Positions 57,928 through 64,000 of a DNA stretch of 64,000 bases are shown piece after piece. The notes under the pieces are model-generated. The model saw nothing but the letters and a program-made list of their open reading frames with translations. It had not been told where the DNA came from and made no database searches. This DNA is from an uncultured Jatrophihabitans sp. GTDB taxonomy: Bacteria; Actinomycetota; Actinomycetes; Mycobacteriales; Jatrophihabitantaceae. A program made the position numbers and the translations under genes. Within the stretch, counting starts at the first letter, position 1, and every line of letters begins with the position of its first letter. The stretch covers positions 29,945-93,944 of the forward strand of contig NZ_CAXULP010000006.1 in NCBI RefSeq assembly GCF_964251945.1, given 5' to 3'.

Positions 57928-58716
57928 TCAGCGCTTCGGCTGCGGCGCGGGAAGGGTGACGAACGTGTGGCCGCGGCGCAGCAGCACCGGGATGACCCGC
58001 TTCAACGCCGCGTAGGTCTCCGCGCGATTTCCTCCGCCGTCGTGGCACAGGATGATGTCGCCGCTGCGCGCGGTGAGCATCGTGTGCTCGATCGCGGCCA
58101 CGCCGGGCAGCGCCCAATCCTGCGGGTCGACGTCCCAGCCGAGCGGCATGAGCCGTTGCCGGTGCAACTCGGCGAGCAGCGCAGGGCCCCAAGTGCCGCC
58201 GGGGGCGCGGAACTGGCTCGGCACGAAGCCGGTCGCGTGGTGGATGGCGTGTGTCGTCCGGCTGATCTCCGACCGGATGTGCCGTGGCGACGCGTACGTC
58301 AGCTGCTCGTCGTGGTCCCATGTGTGGTTCGCGATGACATGGCCGTGCTCGACGACCTCGCGGGCGATGTGCCGGTTGGGGTGGATCTGCTCGCCGATCA
58401 TGCAGAAGGTGGCCCGCACGTCGTGCTTCGCGAGCAGCCGGAGATAGCGCGGCGTCCACACCCGGCTCGGACCGTCGTCGATCGTCAGCATCAAGGCCCG
58501 GCGCGGGAAGTGGACCGCCGGGCAGCGATGCCGGAACTGCCGCAGATCGCGGATCGCATGCCGCCATTCGCGCGTCCACGGCGGCGGGCGGCGCGTGCCG
58601 TCGGCGGCGTGCGCGGCGGCCGGCAGCAGCGCTTCGCCGAACCCGGCGGCCGCCAGCGGCGCGATGGCGGCAGCGCCAAGACGCAGCACGCTTCGACGGC
58701 TCGGCAAGTTGTCCAT
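57928..58716 (-). CDS. Tat-exported polysaccharide deacetylase (CE4/NodB)
   Basis: SRRSVL twin-arginine signal; TIDDGP, NHTWDH, FRAPGG, DW and LCHD motifs. Confidence 0.92.
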   Translation of the reverse strand: MDNLPSRRSVLRLGAAAIAPLAAAGFGEALLPAAAHAADGTRRPPPWTREWRHAIRDLRQFRHRCPAVHFPRRALMLTIDDGPSRVWTPRYLRLLAKHDVRATFCMIGEQIHPNRHIAREVVEHGHVIANHTWDHDEQLTYASPRHIRSEISRTTHAIHHATGFVPSQFRAPGGTWGPALLAELHRQRLMPLGWDVDPQDWALPGVAAIEHTMLTARSGDIILCHDGGGNRAETYAALKRVIPVLLRRGHTFVTLPAPQPKR

Positions 58717-58862
58717 CAGCGCGTCCCCTCCCCTCCTCGATCAGCCGATCGAGGACTTATCAGCCCCGTCGGATCTTCGCCGACCGACGCCCCCAGCGCG
58801 CTGAGGACACGGCAACGAAACGGTCTCGACGCGGCCACAGCGACGCCAGGCACACTGGGGCG

Positions 58863-60071
58863 GTGCGACGTTCGCGACTGGGGCTGCTCGTGGCGGCGGC
58901 CGCGCTGCTGGCCGGCTGCACGTCGGCCCGCGCCGCGCAGACGCCGACCTGGGCGCCCAGCCCGGACTTCGGCACCGCTGGCGAGGGGCCCGGCATCCAG
59001 CTGACCCCGATCATCCCGCAGCCGGGGCAGTCGAGCAGCGCCCAGCGCCCGGCCCCGGGCGGGATCGGCGGCGGATCGTCGTCCGGCGCGGCGGGTCAGG
59101 GCGATCCCGACGTCGTGGCCACGCACCTGACCTCGCCGGTCGGGCTGGCCGTCCTGCCGGACAACACCGCGCTCGTCGGCGAGCGCGCCACCGGGCGCAT
59201 CGTGCGGGTTCAGCCGACCCCCGGCCGGCCGGTGCCGACCGTGCGGACGCTCACCGGGCTCGACACGAGCGGCGACGGCGGTCTGCTCGACCTCGCGCTG
59301 TCGCCGACCTACGACCAGGACGGCCTCATCTACGCCTACATCACGACGAAGACCGACAACCGCGTCGTCGACTTCACGTTGACCGGGCCGGTCACCCCGG
59401 TGCTCGCCGGCATCCCGAAGGGCCGCACCGGCAACACCGGCCGGATCGCGTTCGGCGCGGACGGCCGGCTCTACATCGGCACCGGCGACGCCGGCGACCC
59501 CCGCGCAGCGACCAACCCGCGCAGCCTCGCCGGCAAGGTGCTGCGGGTGACCGACATCGGCGGCGCGGCGCCGGGCAATCCGCGGCCGGGCTCGGCGGTC
59601 TGGACGTCCGGCCACTCCGAGGTCGACGGGCTGTGCACGGCCGACGGCACAGCCGTGTTCGAGACTCAGCCTGGCGGCGCCGGCTCACCGGCCGAGGTCA
59701 ACGCGCTCGCCGCCGGCGCGAGCTACGACGCGACGTCGGGCGCTGGTCGCCCGCCGGCCGCCACGCTGCCGGCGCCCGACACCGCGCCTGGCGGCTGCGC
59801 GATCCAGGACGGGGTGCTGCACGTGACGACGCTCGACGGCCGGGCCCTGCTGTCCGCCCGCGTCGGCGGCGGCTCCGCGGCGCCGGCGGTCGGCGCGTTC
59901 TCGGCGAGCCTGACCGGCAAATACGGCCGGCTGCGGACGGTCGTCGCCGCCGACGACGGCGCGCTGTGGCTGACGACGTCCAACCGCGACGGCAAGGGCA
60001 ACCCGGTCGCCGCCGACGAGCGGGTGCTTCGGATCCTGCCGCCGCAGGGCGGCGGCAGCAATCCCGCCTGA
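58863..60071 (+). CDS. PQQ-dependent sugar dehydrogenase-like lipoprotein (LppZ-like)
   Basis: LAGC lipobox; GDGGLLDLALSP, YIGTGD, SLAGKVLR and TTSNRDG motifs. Confidence 0.88.
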   Translation: MRRSRLGLLVAAAALLAGCTSARAAQTPTWAPSPDFGTAGEGPGIQLTPIIPQPGQSSSAQRPAPGGIGGGSSSGAAGQGDPDVVATHLTSPVGLAVLPDNTALVGERATGRIVRVQPTPGRPVPTVRTLTGLDTSGDGGLLDLALSPTYDQDGLIYAYITTKTDNRVVDFTLTGPVTPVLAGIPKGRTGNTGRIAFGADGRLYIGTGDAGDPRAATNPRSLAGKVLRVTDIGGAAPGNPRPGSAVWTSGHSEVDGLCTADGTAVFETQPGGAGSPAEVNALAAGASYDATSGAGRPPAATLPAPDTAPGGCAIQDGVLHVTTLDGRALLSARVGGGSAAPAVGAFSASLTGKYGRLRTVVAADDGALWLTTSNRDGKGNPVAADERVLRILPPQGGGSNPA

Positions 60072-60120
60072 CCCGGCCCCCGCCTGACTCAGCCCCGCCA
60101 GACGCTGCCCGCGCTGGTGG

Positions 60121-60621
60121 TCAACTGTCCCGTTCGCGGACCGCGCGGCGGATCTGGGTCACGTTGTCGCGCAGCATGTCTGAGACCAACTCGTCGGTAC
60201 GCGGGTCGGTCAGGATCTCGAGCAGCACCCGCAGCGTCGTGTCGCTGGCCTGTTCGATGATCCGGTCGTGGAACGGGATGAGGTTCACCCGCCCGGCCGT
60301 CGGATCGTCCTTGATCTTCTCGAGCACCATCTGCTTGATCTCCTCGCGGTTCTCCTCGAGCGCGGAGGCGATGTTGCGGGTGTAGTGGCCGGTGCGCAGC
60401 ACCTCGGCGACCTCGTCGAGCACCGCGATCGTCAACGGACGCTTGACGGCGTTGACGAAGCGGTCGGAGATCCGGTTGAGCAGCCGGACGATCATCGGCT
60501 CGCGCATGCCCCGCTTGTGAAACACCCGCCGCAGCACGGCGGCGACGACCAGCAGCGCCACCACGCCGACGACGATCCAGATCGTGATGGTGGTGGCCTC
60601 GTGCTTCGCGGCGAGGGGCAT
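60121..60621 (-). CDS. Hypothetical membrane-anchored protein
   Basis: N-terminal TM helix; helical domain with typical codon usage. Confidence 0.75.
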   Translation of the reverse strand: MPLAAKHEATTITIWIVVGVVALLVVAAVLRRVFHKRGMREPMIVRLLNRISDRFVNAVKRPLTIAVLDEVAEVLRTGHYTRNIASALEENREEIKQMVLEKIKDDPTAGRVNLIPFHDRIIEQASDTTLRVLLEILTDPRTDELVSDMLRDNVTQIRRAVRERDS

Positions 60622-60651
60622 ATGCCGATAGTGCCCTGAATGACGCTGCCG

Positions 60652-61845
60652 TCAGCGCGCCGGGCGGCGCAGTTGCGCGATCCACCAGGCGCCCGCGCCG
60701 ACCAACGCCAGAGCGAGGATCACCAGGCCGGGCAGCCAGCTGCCGCTGCCGCCCTTCGAGCCGGACGCGGACGACGAGCTGCCCGTGGCCGACGGCGACT
60801 GTGCGGCCGCCGAGCCGGAGGCCAACGCCGGGGTGGCGCGGGAGTCCGTCGCTGGCGACGTGCCGCGCGGAACGCTCGGCGTGGCCAGCCGCGGCGCCGC
60901 GATCGTGTCGATCGACGTGCCGACGCCCTCGGAGTCGAGCAGCACGTGGTCGCCGTCCAGTGCGATGCCCTCGCCCTGACGCTGCCGAGGCAGCGCGACC
61001 CGCTTCGGCGCGGACTTCAGGGCATCGGCGAGGTCGCCGTCGCGGACCGGCCAGAAGTAGGCATCGCTGTAGGTCCGGACGGCGAACACCGCGCCGTTGC
61101 GCGAGAACGCCGCTCCGGTGGCCGTCAGCTCGCCGGGCATGCCGAACGGGTCGTCGGTGCCGGTGGGGTTGAACGGGATCGCGCCGACGCGCTGCAGAGT
61201 CTGCACCCGGCGCCGGTCCGGCTTCGCGGGCAGCCGGAAGACCTCCGACTGGCCGAGCACTGACTTCGTGACGATATAGCCGACCCCGTCCGGCGTTACG
61301 GCGAAGGACTCGGCATTGTGCGCGCCGTCGGGATAGCGCAGCCGCCACTCGTCGGCGGTCGCGGCCTTGACCGCCCGGTCGCGGCTGCCGGCGGCAATCC
61401 GCGGCTCGTCCACGCGATAAACCTCGACCGAGCTGCGGATCTCGTCGTTGTCGCCGATGTCGGCGAGCCACACCGATGGCGTGCCCTGCGCGTCCGGGGC
61501 GGCGGCGAGGTCCTCCCAGTCGACGTTCGCAGCGCCCGGCACCGTGACGACCGCGGCGGTGGCGCAGGTGCGACGGTCGACGGCGAAGAACCGGTTGACG
61601 TCGCCGCTGTCGTTCTCGACATAGAGCACTCCGGGCGAGCGGATGCCGCGGGCGATGCCGCTGGCCTCGTCGATGCGCGGGTCGCTCAGCCGGCACTCGA
61701 CACGCGAGGTCCGGGTCGACGCCTGCGCTGGCAGCGCCGCGGACATCACCGGCGACAACACCACCGCGAACAACACCACCGCGAACAACGCTACCGAGCG
61801 GAGCGCCACCGCGCTTGAGACCACCGCCGCGAGGCGTCGCCGCAT
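60652..61845 (-). CDS. Secreted beta-propeller-like protein with a C-terminal anchor
   Basis: EASG, NDSG, DWED, DIGDN, NAES and QGEG motifs; C-terminal TM helix with a basic tail. Confidence 0.8.
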   Translation of the reverse strand: MRRRLAAVVSSAVALRSVALFAVVLFAVVLSPVMSAALPAQASTRTSRVECRLSDPRIDEASGIARGIRSPGVLYVENDSGDVNRFFAVDRRTCATAAVVTVPGAANVDWEDLAAAPDAQGTPSVWLADIGDNDEIRSSVEVYRVDEPRIAAGSRDRAVKAATADEWRLRYPDGAHNAESFAVTPDGVGYIVTKSVLGQSEVFRLPAKPDRRRVQTLQRVGAIPFNPTGTDDPFGMPGELTATGAAFSRNGAVFAVRTYSDAYFWPVRDGDLADALKSAPKRVALPRQRQGEGIALDGDHVLLDSEGVGTSIDTIAAPRLATPSVPRGTSPATDSRATPALASGSAAAQSPSATGSSSSASGSKGGSGSWLPGLVILALALVGAGAWWIAQLRRPAR

Positions 61846-62288
61846 CAAGCGAACGCGGCGCGCGCGGCGGCGTACGCGGCGACGTCTTCGAGCAGCGCGC
61901 CGGGCAGGTCGCTGCCCAACGCCTTCGCCGCGACCGCGCGGTAGCGGACACCGCCGAAGGACCAGCTGGCCGCCGCCGCCGCGCTCAGCGCGACCGTCCG
62001 CGCGGGCGCGACACCGGCGCGGCGGCCCAGCACGAAGCCGCACAGGGCCGCTGTGGCGATCCGGCCGGCCAGCGAGGGAGGCGCGGTGCGCGACGGTGTC
62101 ATCGGCAGCTTGTCGCCGATCACCTCGCCCCACGCGCTGGTCGTCACGATGTGCCGGGCAGCCGAGGAGGTGAGCCGCTTAGGTAGCGGGTCGCCTCGGC
62201 GCGGACGCGCGACGAGCAAGGACAGCGCGCTGAAGGTGCGGCCGCCGGTGGCCAGGCCGGCCAGCGCCGCGCGGCCGTAGGCGTTCAC
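61845..62288 (-). CDS. DUF4126-like small membrane protein
   Basis: [21 protein letters not shown] and ALLED motifs; GTGA overlap with the gatB stop. Confidence 0.75.
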   Translation of the reverse strand: MNAYGRAALAGLATGGRTFSALSLLVARPRRGDPLPKRLTSSAARHIVTTSAWGEVIGDKLPMTPSRTAPPSLAGRIATAALCGFVLGRRAGVAPARTVALSAAAAASWSFGGVRYRAVAAKALGSDLPGALLEDVAAYAAARAAFA

Positions 62289-63763
62289 GACGCGTCCAGC
62301 TTGGCCAGCAGGATGTCCTTCACCGCGGCGGCGTCGGCCTGGCCGCGGGTCGCCTTCATGACCGCGCCGACGAGCGCGCCGACCGCGGCGACCTTCCCGC
62401 CGCGAACCTTGCCCGCGACATCGGGGTTCGCCGCGATCGCGTCGTCGGCCGCCTGTTCCAGCGCGCCGGCGTCCGAGACGACCTGCAGCCCGCGTTCGGC
62501 GATGACGGCGTCGACGTCCGCGCCGGTCTCCAGCACGCCGTCGACGACCTGCCGGGCGAGCGCAACCGACAGCGAGCCGTCGGCCACGAGGGCGATGACC
62601 CGGGCGACCTGCGCCGGGGTGATCGGCAGCTCGGCGGCGCCGATCTCCTGCTCGTTGGCCCGCTGCGCCAGGTAGCCGAGCCACCAGTTACGCGCCTCGC
62701 CGACCGGCGCGCCGGCGTCGACGGTGGCGCCCACCGCGTCGACCACGCCGGCATTCGTCATGTGGATCATGTCCTCGACGCTGACCCCGAGGACGTCGCG
62801 CAGCCGGACGCGGCGCGCCGCCGGGAGCTCGGGCAGCCCGGTTCGCAGCGACTCGACCCAGTCGACGTCCGGCGCCATCGGCACGAGGTCGGGCTCGGGG
62901 AAATACCGGTAGTCGGTCGCCTCTTCCTTGCTGCGGCCGGGCCGGGTGTCGCCGCTCTGCTCGGAGAAGTGCCGGGTCTCCTGCTTGATGCGGCCGCCGG
63001 CGTCGAGGATGTCCGCCTGCCGCAGGATCTCCGAGCGCACCGCGCGCTCCACCGAGCGCAGCGAGTTGACGTTCTTGGTCTCCGTGCGGGTGCCCCATGG
63101 CGCCCCCGGCCGATTCAGCGAGGTGTTGACGTCGCAGCGCAGCGAACCCTGCTCCATCCGCACGTCGCTGACCTCGAGCGTGCGCAGGATGTCACGCAAC
63201 TCGGCGACGTATGCGCGGGCGGTCTCCGGCGCGAGCGCGCCCGTCCCCTCGACCGGCTTTGTGACGATCTCGACGAGCGGGATGCCGGCGCGGTTGTAGT
63301 CGACGAGCGAGTGATCGGCGCCGTGGATGCGACCCGAGACGCCGACGTGGGTGTTCTTGCCGGTGTCTTCCTCGAGATGCACCCGCTCAATACCAACCCG
63401 CACGGTGTGGTCGCCGACCACCACGTCCAGATAGCCCTCGACGCACAACGGCTCGTCGTACTGCGAGGTCTGGAAGTTCTTCGGCATGTCCGGATAGAAG
63501 TAGTTCTTGCGCGCGAAGCGGCACCACGACGCGATCGAGCAGTTCAGCGCGAGGCCGATGCGGATGGTGGACTCGATCGCCTTCTCGTTCGCCACGGGGA
63601 GCGCCCCGGGCAGGCCGAGGCAGACCGGGCAGACGTGCGTGTTCGGCTCGGCGCCGAACTGCGTCGAGCAACCGCAGAACATCTTCGACACGGTGCCGAG
63701 CTCGACGTGCGTCTCGAGCCCGATCACCGGCTGGTACGTCTCAAGCACCGATTCGTAGGTCAT
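62285..63763 (-). CDS. gatB: Asp/Glu-tRNA amidotransferase subunit B
   Basis: [25 protein letters not shown] and YRYFPEPDL motifs. Confidence 0.97.
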   Translation of the reverse strand: MTYESVLETYQPVIGLETHVELGTVSKMFCGCSTQFGAEPNTHVCPVCLGLPGALPVANEKAIESTIRIGLALNCSIASWCRFARKNYFYPDMPKNFQTSQYDEPLCVEGYLDVVVGDHTVRVGIERVHLEEDTGKNTHVGVSGRIHGADHSLVDYNRAGIPLVEIVTKPVEGTGALAPETARAYVAELRDILRTLEVSDVRMEQGSLRCDVNTSLNRPGAPWGTRTETKNVNSLRSVERAVRSEILRQADILDAGGRIKQETRHFSEQSGDTRPGRSKEEATDYRYFPEPDLVPMAPDVDWVESLRTGLPELPAARRVRLRDVLGVSVEDMIHMTNAGVVDAVGATVDAGAPVGEARNWWLGYLAQRANEQEIGAAELPITPAQVARVIALVADGSLSVALARQVVDGVLETGADVDAVIAERGLQVVSDAGALEQAADDAIAANPDVAGKVRGGKVAAVGALVGAVMKATRGQADAAAVKDILLAKLDAS

Positions 63764-64000
63764 CTGACCAGCTCCGGGATGCGGGCGAGGACGGGGGCGA
63801 CGGCCGCCTCGAAGGCGGCGGCGACCCGGTAGCAGCGGTCGTCGGCGAGCGCCGGCGCCATGATCTGCAACCCGACCGGCAGCCCCTCCGACAACCCGCA
63901 AGGCACGGAGATGGCAGGGGTCCCGGCCAACGACGCGGGCAGCGTGCACAGGTCGTTGACGTACATCGCCATCGGGTCCGCGACCCGCTCGCCGATGCCG
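63760..64000 (-). CDS. gatA: Asp/Glu-tRNA amidotransferase subunit A, C-terminal part
   Basis: [19 protein letters not shown]...GLPVGLQ; overlaps the gatB start; runs off the window end. Confidence 0.93.
   Translation of the reverse strand, partial: GIGERVADPMAMYVNDLCTLPASLAGTPAISVPCGLSEGLPVGLQIMAPALADDRCYRVAAAFEAAVAPVLARIPELVR

Overview
High-GC actinobacterial chromosome segment. The right part (41-64 kb) is mostly conserved core: gatA(partial)-gatB, ilvD, ilvB-ilvN-ilvC, leuB, cimA and gltX, with two leader-peptide attenuators. tRNA-Gln and tRNA-Glu lie at about 40.8-40.9 kb. The left part (1-40.7 kb) is accessory: an aromatic/flavonoid-type catabolic cluster, catR-catB-catA-catC, a HAL-family lyase without the MIO motif, a stand-alone kdpA with altered selectivity-filter loops, a Zur-boxed metal ABC transporter, a GGDEF-EAL protein, and a decayed island next to the tRNA-Glu 3' end (istB remnant, VapBC, RES-Xre, small ORFs). 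Most unusual signals: (i) small genes in the island separated by a recurring ~39-bp imperfect palindrome (CGCTCAT...ATGAGCG), suggesting a gene-cassette array; (ii) the orphan KdpA; (iii) a 14-bp tandem repeat forming a chain of three start/stop-overlapping mini-ORFs; (iv) two divergent nested palindromes with identical 0/20/39/59 core spacing; (v) an Ile-codon attenuator before cimA. All calls come from reading motifs by eye. No searches were run, and start codons are my best estimates.
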